Assembly (NCBI RefSeq): GCF_018350175.1
Contig: NC_058369.1
Coordinates: 5,768,001 to 5,832,000 of the forward strand
DNA length: 64,000 nucleotides
Source of the DNA: Felis catus
Taxonomy: Eukaryota
Reading direction: 5' to 3'
Within the stretch, counting starts at the first letter, position 1; each line of letters begins with the position of its first letter. The position numbers were made by a program, and so were the translations under genes. The notes under the pieces were generated by a model. It was not told where the DNA came from, did no database searches, and saw only the letters and a program-made list of their open reading frames with translations. Positions 12,790-24,300 of the stretch are shown piece after piece.

Positions 12790-14050
12790 CGCTCCAGGCG
12801 CGGCCAGGTGAGTTTCCAACGTCACCCTTGGAATTCTCCTTGCCCGCCCGAGGGAAGGGGAGGTGGCTTGGGACGACGAAGGGCGGCCTCCTAGGTGAGT
12901 CCCGGGACCTCCCGGCCCTGGCTGGCTTCCCGGCCGCCCCAAATCGGAGCCCCGCCTCAGGGCTACCTCCAGATCAATTCCTATCCGAACACGCGGTTCC
13001 TGCAGCCCCACCCCCCCCACCCCCCTCCAGAGCCCTGAGCCCCCCCTCCCATCTAGCCTCTCAGCCCCGGCAGAACTCTGGGTACCCCCCCCCACTCCGG
13101 CTTCTCCAGCCTCTCCGAGTCTCCCCCCACCCCACCGCAGCCCCAGGCCCTCCCCCCAGCTCCAGCCCCTCCCCCCAGCCCGGATCCGAGCCCCCGGCCC
13201 CCGCCCCGGGAGCTTCGAGGTGCAAACGCGCCCTCCCCCGACTCCTCCCGCCCCCAACTCCCCCCGCCCCCCCCCCCCCCCAGTGGCGGCTCCGGGCTGC
13301 GAACGCGACGGGGTCGGCCTCTCGGTTCGCCTTCCCGCCCCGGGCCCCCGGCGCCGCGCGAGCCGGCCCTCCAGCGCGGAGCCCCCGCGTCCGCTCGCCG
13401 TGCCTGCCTCCACGCGCGCCGGCTCGCAGGTCGGTGTCGCGCGGGGCCCGCCGGGGCGCCCGCGGGGACGGCGGGGGGCGGGGGAGGCCGGGGCCGGGGA
13501 GGGGGAGGGGATTCCTTTGTTCGCGGCCGCAGCCCCGGGCCCACCCGCTCCCCTCTCCGCGCGGGACGGGGGCGCCGGGCGGCGGGAGGGCCGCGGCCCG
13601 CAGGTGAGGGCGGAGCCGAGCGCGGTCGCGGCCCGGGGGCCCTCGGTCCTCGGCCCTGCCGGGTGGAGAGCGCGGCCGGCGGGTCCCCCTCCTCGTCCGC
13701 GGAGCCCCGGACCGCTCGCTTCCCGCCCGGCGCCGTGCGCGCCTTCCCCGCTCATTCATTCGAGCACCTCCGGGACGCGGGGCGCGGAGGGCTGAGGGCG
13801 GAGGGCCGGTGGGGGGGGGTAGGGGGGAGGAGGATGCCGGTCAGGGGTCAGGACTGGTCAGAGTCTCTACCCACCCCCCCCCCCCCCGCAAGCCCGGGGC
13901 AGAGGGGGCGGGGAGCGAGGCGGCGTGCGCCCCGAGGCTGCCTGGAGAAGGCGTCCTCCCCGCGCGGATTGAGGTGGGACAGCTTGGAGGCGAGAAAGGG
14001 GTGCCCCTCCCCAGCCAGGCTGAGGCTTCCCGACTCTCGCCACGGTTGAC
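12790..14050 (+). promoter_or_regulatory. FBN3: CpG island / putative FBN3 promoter with non-coding first exon(s)
   Basis: Very GC- and CpG-rich, GC boxes (GGGCGG/CCGCCC), G/C runs; ~1.1 kb upstream of the acceptor ctgcag|15107 of the first coding exon; contains splice-donor consensus sites. Confidence 0.8.
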
Positions 14051-15123
14051 AAGGGTCTCTCCCTTCCCCGAGGACCTGGGGACCACCTGGTCAGGCTGTC
14101 TTGGCACTCAAGGCCCAGAGAGGGGCAGCCACCGGCCCAAGGGCACACAGCAGACTTCCTGCACGGTCCCTACCCAGGACCAGTTCTTCTCTCTGGTCTG
14201 GAAAGTAGGAGCTGAAAGGGTCCCCCAGAAGGCCACTTGGTCTGTCTGCTGTCCTCCAAGTATTCAGCTTCCTTCCTCCTAACCCGCACCTGGTCATCTC
14301 CTTCACCTCCGTCTCTAGCCTCCTGCCCTTCCAGGTTCTGGAGAGAGCCAGCCACCTCCTCAGAGGGGGGGTGCACCCATCCTCTCCCTCTCCCCGCCTC
14401 TGCCTGGGCTTCAGCACTCACCCACCCCCAGCCCCTCACTAACTGTGTGATGGCCTTGATTTGCTCCTCTGTGCATTGGGCACAACAGCTATCCCTTCCC
14501 TGCTGGGTGGAGGGAGTGCGCCACCCTGATGTGCATCCGCCACCTGTCCCCCCTGCCCTCGGGTCCCCGCCCGTCAGCCCTCCCAGCCAGGATTCCGGGA
14601 GTCTCCTCAATGCCTCCTGCCTCCTTTGGAACCAGCTTCCAACTCCTGGTGACTCATCTCCTCATTCGTCCTGGAATTCTGTCCCCTCCTCTCTCTGGAC
14701 CCCTGCCCCAGCCTCCTCACCTGCACGCTTCCTCCCAGGCCCCTGCAAGCCCTTCCACACCCCACCAAACACCCATTCTGCCTTTGTTCCTCCCTCTTCA
14801 CGCCCTTCAGGGCTTCTCCATCGCCCTGGACCGCAAGTAGAAGTTCCACTCCACACTCCTCCCGCCTGTGCTCTCACTGCGCACTCTGCTCCCAGCACTC
14901 TTCTCTCAGCTAACTCTGAGACATCACACCTCCTCCAAGAAGCCTGCCCTGACTGTTCACCTGGTTTTGGGCCAGGGCTGGATGCCTCCCTGGGCTCTAG
15001 TACCTGTTCCCTGTCCCCTCACCCTGCCATCCAGCCGTCCCAGCCTCCTGGTTCCCCTGGGTACTCTGTGGCTTCTGCTGCCGTTGACTCTGCTTCCCCT
15101 CTGCAGCCTCTGAGGGACGCACG

Positions 15124-15320
15124 ATGGTTCTGAAAGGCCTGTGCTCAGCAAGGAGAAGGGCTGGGGCTTTCACCATGGCCTGGGGTCCCCTGGCTCGGCT
15201 CCTGCTGGCCTGGACGGCCCTGCTGTGCATGGTGGGTGTCCACGGCCGATGGGACAGGGCCTTGGAGTCTGCAGGTCCCGGACGTGTGCGGAGGCGTGGC
15301 AGCCCGGGCATCTTGCAGGG
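15124..15320 (+). CDS. FBN3: Coding exon 1: signal peptide, propeptide, furin site RVRR
   Basis: Acceptor ends 15106; ATG 15124 (acgATGG); MVLKG...[16 protein letters not shown]...[13 protein letters not shown]; donor gtgcgt at 15321. Confidence 0.9.
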
Positions 15321-18300
15321 GTGCGTGGCTCCCGGCATGCTGACAGGCCCCTGGGGCGTGGGCTGGGCTGGGCTGTCCTGCTGGGTGGGGGCTCACCCGC
15401 TGTGCCGCACTCTCCCAAAGGCCGAACGTGTGCGGCTCTCGCTTCCACGCCTACTGCTGTCCCGGCTGGAGGACATTGCCAGGCGGGAACCAGTGTGTCG
15501 TTCGTGAGTGCCATCGCTCTCTGGAGGTGGGGCCGGGGGAGGGGGACGCAGGGGGCGGGACGCCAGGGCAGCTCTCTAACCCCCTGGCAAGTCCAACCCT
15601 GTTTGCCAGCTGACTTGACCAGGAGCATCAGGCTGAACCACAGGATTGGCCCTGGCCTGTCTTCAGGCTCCCAGGCCACCCTGCTATGTTCATTTCCTTT
15701 GCCTCACTGCCTCCTTGTCTCTGTCCCTGCCTGTCTGTCTCCCTCCCGTTGTCTCTCCCCCATCTGTCTCTATCTCTGCCAGTCTGTACCCCCCACCCCC
15801 CAGGTTCTAGAATCTGACTCTACCCCCAGGAGAGCCCTCCACCTCCACACCACAGTCACCGACCCAGCGTCTCCGGCTTCTGTCCTCGGTGCTCAGCCCT
15901 TCTGGCCCAAAGAGCCCCTCTCCTCGTGGCTCCCACAGAAACCCAGAGCCTTGCCTGGGCACTGGTGGGGTGGGGGCGGCAGAGGATTCGGGTCCCAGCC
16001 CTGACTGACTGTCACCTGCTCTGCCCATGCCAGCCGTCTGTAGGCACGCATGTGGTGACGGCTTCTGCTCCCGGCCCAACCTGTGCACCTGTGCTGATGG
16101 GAAGCTGGCCCCCAGCTGCGGGGGAAGCCGAGGTGAGCGGGGAGATGGCCCCCCGGGGGCAGGAGAAGAAGGTTGGAGGCTCCCGGATGCCACTGGGGGC
16201 CCAGGCTGGTTTTGCCGGAGGACCGACCAGAGCCGGGCCGGGCCAGCCTCGTCTTGCCACCGATCTCCTGCATCTCGAGGGTTTGTCACCACTCTGCCGC
16301 ATGTCCCTCCTCCCGTCCTTAGGGTGCAGCGTCAGCTGCATGAATGGGGGCAGCTGCCGAGGGGAGTCCTGTCTGTGCCAGAGGGGCTACACGGGCACGG
16401 TGTGTGGGCAGCGTGAGTATCTCCTGTGAACACCTGGGCCCGGGGGGCCTAGAGGGCGGGTCTCTGCTGTCAGCTGCCCCACCCACCACCCGCGGGCCAC
16501 TCTTCTGGGACCAGGGAAGGGAGGGACATATGTACCCATCGTCACAGTCTTCTCATTGGGTCTGGGCCACATGGTGGGGGTTCCTGGGTGAAAATGGGCT
16601 TTGCGGGGCCCCAGCTCCCTCTGCTGCGAGGGGACCTCAGGCCACCCTCCTCTCTTCCTCCACAGCCGTCTGTGACCGTGGTTGCCACAACGGGGGCCGC
16701 TGCATAGGGCCGAACCGCTGCGCCTGTGCGTATGGCTTCATGGGGCCGCGGTGTGAGAAAGGTACCAAGCTGGGCATAGGGGCCTTGGGGGATGGCAGGG
16801 GGCTTCCCGGCAGCCCCTGAGATGTAGCCAGGCCCTGGGAGGCTCCAGCTGGCCTCCTTTCTATTGTCCCTGGTGCTGTGAAGGGCAGAGAAACTGCTGC
16901 TCCAGGGAAGGGCATCAGGGAGGGCTTCCTGGAAGAAGAGATAAGTCAGAGTTCATGAGATGGACAAGCCTCCCTTTAATGCACCCCCCCCCATTGTCAA
17001 AATACTCCCACAGCTGAGGTGGGGCGGGGGTCATCTGTTGGGAGGCAACGGTGTTTTGTGAAAAGTTGAATGCGGGGCAGGCGGAAATAGCTGGACAGCC
17101 GGGCCCGGGGCTGCCCCGTCCGTGGGCCCGAAGCCGAGCGGATGGTTGAGGTTCTGGCGGAAGACAAGCGAGGGTGACTCAGGGTGCGCAGAAAGCACGG
17201 AGCCCAGGGGAAGCTGAGAAGGAGAAAGCCAGCAGGAGTGGGCAGCGGTGGGGATGCCGGGCTGGTGAGGTTTCGGCTGCGGGAGCCACGAGGCTGCCCC
17301 GCGTGTGTGGCCCAGGAGCCCAGGCCGGCGGAGGTGGGCGGACCCCAGCGTTGGGAGGTGCTGCTGAAGGAAAAGACCCATCTGTGGCCAAAGCCGGGGT
17401 GGGGACGGTGTAGCGATGAGTCAGAGGCTGGAGGGACTGGGAGGGTCACCTCGGTGCGAGCCGGGTGCTTTTGGGAACTGGAATTCGGGCTGACCGATGG
17501 GGAAGGGGAACAGCGTGGGGTGGCTGAGGGGGAGGAGGGTCGGTGGGGCGGGTGAGAGAGGGAGGCCTGAGTGGGTGGTGGCTGGTGAGGGCCCCAGAGA
17601 GAGGCAGGAGCCAGGGGGATTCCAGAGTTCTGGGTGAATTAGGTGAGATTCTGGAACTGTTTGGGCTTAGTGGAGTCGGGACCATTGCTGGTTTCTGCGT
17701 GTCTCCTCCTCCATACGGGTCTAGGGGGCCCGGCTTTGCCTTCCCCTTCTGGGAGGGGCTTCCCTTGGTCTGTCGCCAGCCCCTTGATTGGAACCATCTG
17801 GAGGATGGAACCAGGAAGCCCACATCTGAGCCCGTGTACAGAGGTGGGGGCACTCAAGAGACCACCTTTGGCCGGGCTCAGGGGTCAGGGGTGTGGTGCT
17901 GTGCTGGGTCCCTCCTCGAGTCTGGGAGATCTGGCAGGGCCTGGCCTGCACTCAGGGATGAGACAGGCTGTCCTGCTGGGTATCTATGGTCTCTGCCCAG
18001 GCCTGAAGGGAGGGTGGGCCAGGGGGAGTGGTCGGCTTCTCTGACATGCTCTGGTCTTTGTGGACTTGGAGGTCCTGGCCTCTCTTTTGGAGGTTGGTTG
18101 GGGAATGCTTTGGGGAGAAAGGGTTTTGAAGGGTGAATAGGAGTTCGTCTGATAGGGTTGGGGTACAGCATGAGTAAAGGCTGCTTGCTGTATTGGTAAA
18201 GGAGGCCACAGCAGTGGTCCGAGTAAGAGAGGTAAGGGCCCGAGCTGGGGCTGCAGGGATGACAAGTTCTGGGGCGGGGGCAGCTGAAGTAGCCAGCTAC

Positions 18301-21300
18301 CCTGTCTCACAGACTATCGGACGGGCCCCTGCTTCGGTCAAGTGGGCCCTGAGGGGTGCCGGCACCAGCTGATCGGCCTCGTGTGCACCAAAGCACTCTG
18401 CTGTGCCACCGTGGGCCAGGCCTGGGGTGTCCCTTGTGAGCTCTGTCCTGCACAGCCTCACCCCTGTCGCCGAGGCTTCATCCCCAATATCCACACGGGG
18501 GCCTGTCAAGGTAAGGGAGTCAGCGAGTAGGGAGGACGGTCCTGGGGGCCAGGGCTGAATGGGATCCTTGCAGCCTTGGTTCTTCCCTCTGACGGGCCTC
18601 TCATTCCCTTGCAGATGTGGATGAGTGTCAGGCCGTCCCGGGCCTGTGCCAGGGGGGCAGCTGCATCAATACCGTGGGTTCCTTCGAGTGCCGCTGCCCG
18701 ACTGGACACCGGCTCAGTGAGAACAGTGCCAAGTGTGAAGGTGGGCGATGGGGAGGGTGACGACTGGGGGCCTCCTTTGGCTCCGGGCAGCTCAGGCTCC
18801 CCTGCAAGGAGGAGGAAGAGGAGGGGTACAGCTGGTGGCAGACCCGCTTCTGACTAGGCATCCGTCTACACAGATGTGGATGAGTGTGTCAGCGTGCTGG
18901 GCCTCTGCTCCGGGGGCGGCTGCACCAACACAGCTGGCAGTTTTGTGTGCACCTGTCCCCGTGGGTTTGCCAGCAGCCTGGATGGCTCCCGCTGCCTGGG
19001 TGAGCTGGGGCCTGGGGGGTGCTGGAGGGACAGGGGGCGGTTGGGAGACAGGCCCCGTGCTCAAATATATTTGCAACCCTTCGGCCCTTGGGCTCCTCTA
19101 GCCCTCGGGTCTCTATGTCCTTCTGTCGTTTCTGGAACAGGGTTCCCTCCCCTCTGGCTTCCTGGCTCCCTACCCATTAGCCCTTGTGCTCTCTGGACCC
19201 GGGTCTTTAAGCCCCTCACTTCCGCCCCGCCCCTCTCCCGCCACCCCGCCCCTTGCCCCGCCCCTCTGCCCCTCAGACGCGGGACTCCAGTGCAGTTCTG
19301 GCTCACGGGCCACCCTTGTTGCGTCTCTGGCTCCCTGTCTCTATGCCTCCTGACCCTCTGGCCTCGGTCTCTGTGCCCTTCTACCCATTGCGTTGTCTTC
19401 TAAAGAGACTTCCCAGAGACTTGTAAAGAGTTCCCCATCTTCCCCCACACCCTGTGTCTGAGAGAGGGAAACAGACCCAGAGGGGGAGGTTTGCTTGAGC
19501 CAACTCAGTAAGTCCAGAATATATGACCATACCCAGCTCCCCAGACCGCCCCCCCCCACCCCCCAGCCGGGGCCATGCCTCCTACCGAGGCCCACACTCC
19601 TGTAAGCCCCCCACCCCCACCCTGGACCCCCTCCTGGGAGGCGGGGGACCTTTGGGCTCTCACTCCCTGTCCTGCTGTCCTGCTGAGCTGGTCATTAGAC
19701 TTTAGACATTGCCGGTGGTTAATGAGGTTGGCCAGGAATATGGCCACTTGTGGCGGGGGATGGGCAGAGCCCTGGTTTGGGGAGGAGCGAAGGGGCTTGG
19801 CAGTTCCCCAGCATCACCAGGGCCCCTCTGGCTGGGCCTCTACCAGGCAGGGTTGGGAGTATTGCGTTTGGAGTTCTGCCAGTGTGCTGTGGCCAACACC
19901 AGACCTTCTATGCCTCCACCTCTGGGGGCCATCATGGCCAGCGTAGACGACACCTCTGGGCAAGTCCCCTGGAATAAAGGGTGGAAAAAGGGGGTCTCTC
20001 CCAGCCATTAAACAGTAGAGCCTAGACTTGAGCCAATGTCCTGGGTGCCAGCTGCTACCTGAGCTGCTCACAAACTCTGTGATCTCAGGCAAGTGTCTTA
20101 ACCTCTCTGTGCCTCAGCTTCCTTATCTGTGAAATGGGGATGGTGGCGATACCTACCTCTTGGAGTCGTGGGGAGGATTAAATACAATTTTGGAGTGATT
20201 TGCCCAGAGCTGGATGTGGTGGGCATGCAATACACATTCACAAAGACGAGAGAGCGGTGTAGATGGGGCGCTTGGCTGGGCCCGATCACCGTGGGTGCTC
20301 TGTGAGCAGAAGCAGCATCGTTTTTGTTAAAATCCTCACATTCTGTCTCTTTCTTCCCTACTTGAGAGGTGGCTGCTTGGTCAGATCCCCTGGGGTTTGG
20401 GTATCTGAGGTCCCATCCCTCCTCCCTCTTTAGTGGCTGTGTGACCTTGAATGAGTCTGTTGACCTCTCCTCCTCTGGGTAGGCCTTGTCCCCCTCAACC
20501 CACCTTTCAAGGGCTGGGATGGTACCCCAGCTGTCACACGTGCACCTGGGGGTCCAGCTGGGGAGGTAGAAATGTTTGCTTGTTTTCTCAGCCCTGGGCG
20601 AGCAGGACAGGGGCTGCTGTCCGGGGCCCTCCCTGCTGGTGGGAGAAGTTTCACTGTGGGCCACTGGCCAGGATTTGTGCGCTTTTAAGCCAAAAATACT
20701 CTTTGGGCCTGAGAAATCTGATCACTGCATAAAGCTGTCAGCCCAGGAACAGAGTGGGATGTGGAAGAGTGTCCGTGGTTCTCGTGTCTGGGGAGCCTCC
20801 GGTTCAGTCCCCCTGGGGCTGCAGTCCGTGGTCAGGAATCCAGCAGTCTGCTCCTTGGGCCTCTTCTCAAATCCACAGCCTCTTAGGTTTCCCCAGATTC
20901 CCAGGGCTGGCCGGTGAGGGCACACGGCCGCAGATACTGGCATCCTCGCTTGAGCATTCAGCCTGACCTCCCAACCCGGGCAGCCCCCCCCAAACCAAAG
21001 GGTCTTCCTCGGTGTGGTTGAATGCCCGCAGGGACAGGGAGCTTACTACCAACGCCAGCGGCAGGCATCAGAATGCTTTTACTTGGAATGAGCCCAAATC
21101 TCTCTCTCTGGGATCATCTGGAAATCTTGGCAATACGATTCTCATTCAGTGACGATCGGTCCTGTGCCCCACGGGGCGCCCTCCACTTTTCCATCCCGGC
21201 GACTTTCTTCTGAGGTGAGGTGGATGGTCTGAGCACCCCCATTCGATGGATGGGGAAACTGAGGCACAGAGCGGCAAGGAAACCTGTTGTGCAGGTTCTG

Positions 21301-24300
21301 CGGTGTTGGTGGAGCTGGGATTTGAACCCAGGGCTGGTAACAGAGCCTTCCCGTCCCCGTTGCAGACCACCGGGCTGGCACCTGCTTCTCGGTGCTGATT
21401 GTAGGCCGCTGTGCCGGAGACCTTGCTGGCCGTTACACTCAGAGGCAGTGTTGCTGTGACAGGGGCAGGTGCTGGGCTCCCGGCCCAGCCCCAGAGCCGT
21501 GTCCTCCGAGGGGCTCTGGTGAGTGGCCTGGGGTTGCCCCCGCTCCTTCCTCTGCCCCCCCCCTCCCCCAGAGCTCCTGCCTGAAGACTGCGGCCCCTGG
21601 GGCACGACGGAGGGCCTGGCCTCAAACTCTGCTTCCTTGCAGATGAGTTCCAGCGACTGTGCGTGCAGGGGCTCCCGCTGCTGCCCTCCTATCCCGGCCC
21701 CTTCCCTGGTCTCCCTGGCTTTGGATCCAATGGCATGGGTCCTGGCCTTGGGCCTGCGTGGCACAGCCCCCATGGCTCCAATGGGCGTGGCGTTCCCGGC
21801 CTGGGCCTTGGCAACGCCCATATTGGTGAGGCCTGGGGCTTGGGAAGAGGCATCCAAGACCCAGGGGAGGGGGTCCAGGACTCAAGGGGAGGGTCAGGGC
21901 TTTGGAGTGGGCGTCCTGGCCTGGGCAGTAGAAATGAAAGTACCGACAGCGGTCTGGGGGTGCGGGTAGATGTGGGATCTGGGCCTCAAAGTCAGGGTTC
22001 AGGCCTTGGGTAGGGGTCTGGCACCGGGTCCGGGGGGGGGGCAGGTCTCACTCCATGGTGAGGGTCTGGGCCCACAGTGGGGTGTCAGCCGGTGGGGGGG
22101 GGGTCTGCGGTTAGGACGGGACTCCAGGCTGAAGTGGGCGGGGTTCCAGCCTCCGCGTGGGCGTCCACACCCAGAGGCCGGGCCTAGACTCAGGTGCGCC
22201 TGCTGTCCCCGCCCTCAGGCACAGCCACCCTGAACCAGACCATCGACATCTGCCGGCATTTCACCAATCTGTGTCTCAATGGCCGCTGCCTGCCCACCCC
22301 TTCAAGCTACCGCTGCGAGTGCAATGTGGGCTACGCACAGGACGTTCGCGGGGAGTGCATCGGTGAGCGGCGGCCGGGTTGGGGGGGGGGCGCACCCCGC
22401 CGGGCGGGGGCTCAGGGTCCTCTGCCCACAGACGTGGACGAATGCGCCAGCAGCCCCTGTCACCACGGAGACTGCGTCAACACCCCCGGCTCCTACCGCT
22501 GCCGGTGCCACGAGGGCTTCCAGGCGGCGGTGGCCAAGCAGGCGTGCGTGGGTACGGCCGTCGGTCGGAGAGCGGGGGCGCTGGGGTTGCCCTGCCGGCG
22601 GGGAGCCTGCTTCGGCGGCCTGCGCCCGAGTCTGACCGCCTGCCACCTCCCCCGCGTCCCCACCCCCACCCAGACGTGGACGAGTGCCTTGTGGGCAGCA
22701 ACCTGTGCCACCGCGGCCGCTGCGTCAACACAGACGGCAGCTTCCGGTGTGCCTGCAACGCGGGCTTCGAGCTCGGCCCGGGGGGCAAGAACTGTGTGGG
22801 TGAGTTGGGGGTGGGCAGGTGGGTAGGGGGGCTTGGGGGCTCCGGTGGCTGCCGGTGGGGCCCACCTTGCCGGTCTCCTCTGTGGCACCACCCACCTCCG
22901 TCCCTAAGGCAGAGAGAGACCCCCGCTCCCACTCCTGAACCCAGCCAGCCTGCTCGAGATCCTTCTTGCGCCGCGGCCCTGCCGCCCTTGGGAGTCGCCC
23001 TCTCCGGGGGCCCTCCCCGGCCGCAGCGACCAGGCTGGCTGGCCTGGGGCATCCCAAAGTCCACCTGGGTCCTCGGGGTGGTCCTGCACCACCCTCGTGC
23101 CGCACCTGCCAGTGCCTCAGGGGTGGCCTGCCACATGTCCGTGCCCCCCCCCCCCCCCCCCGCCCCAGCCCTTGCAACCCATCACCGACACTTCTCAGAG
23201 CGAGCGGCCAGCCTGGTGCCGCCACCACCCCTGGGAAGCCCTCAGCCAACTAACTGACTCCTTCGTTCCCTCCCTCCTGCGTTCGCTCCCCGAATCCCAG
23301 CAGGGGCTGTCCCACCCCGGTCCTGTCCTGTCCTGTCGCAGTCTGGCTGAGAGCGTGGAATCAGGGCCATGGGGTTCGGGGAGCGTGTGTGAGCGCCTCG
23401 CCCCTGCTGGTGGCTGAGGGATGTGCCCGTGGGTGGAGGGGCACATCTTGTTTCTTCACCCCTCAGCTGGTGGACGTTGGGGCTGTTTCCTCTTTTCCCA
23501 ATTATGGGTATACTGCGATTGACATTCCCGCACAGGTTGTTGTGTGCCTCGCTCATTCATTCATTCACTCGTTCCTTTCTGCTTTTTTTAAAATTTTATT
23601 CTTAATTTTTTAAAATTTACATCCAAGTTAGTTAGCATCTAGTGCAACAGTGATTTCAGGAGTGGATTCCTTAGTGCCCCTGACCCATTTAGCCCCTCCC
23701 CCCCCCTCCAGTAACCCTCAGTTTGTTCTCCATATTTATGAGTTTCTTCTGTTTTGTCCCCCTCCCTGTTTCTATGTTATTTTTGTTTCCCTTCCCTTAT
23801 GTTCATCTGTTTTGTGTCTTAAAGTTCTCATATGAGTGAAGTCATATGATTTTTGTCTTTCTCTGACTAATTTTGGTTCGCATAATCCCCTCCAGTTCCA
23901 CCCAGGTAGTTGCAAATGGCAAGATTGCATTCTTTTTGATTGCCGAGTAATACTCCATTGTATATACAGACCACATCTTCTTTATCCATTCATCCAGCAA
24001 TGGACATTTGGGCTCTTTCCATACTTTGGCTATTGTTGATAGTGCTGCTATAAACACGGGTGCATGTGCCCCTTTGAAACAACACACCTGTATCCCTTGG
24101 ATAAATGCCTAGTAGTCCAATTGCTGGGTCGTAGGGTAGTTCTATTGTTAGTTTTTTGAGGAACCTCCATACAGTTTTCCAGAGTGGCTGCACCAGCTCG
24201 CGTTCCCACCTTTCTGCTTTTTTGACGTAGTCCTTTTTGCTCAGAGCGGATACTTTGATACTCATTTCTGCACCTACATCTTCCTTACAGTGAGACCAAG

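Noticed and set aside
12658..13795. Long overlapping ORFs (up to 365 aa) on both strands
   Set aside because: Gly/Pro/Arg-rich low-complexity products of a stop-poor CpG island with no recognisable domain.
14237..15133. 298-aa Pro/Ser-rich ORF ending at the FBN3 start
   Set aside because: C-rich intronic sequence in a different frame from FBN3, with no recognisable homology; lies mostly upstream of the acceptor at 15106.
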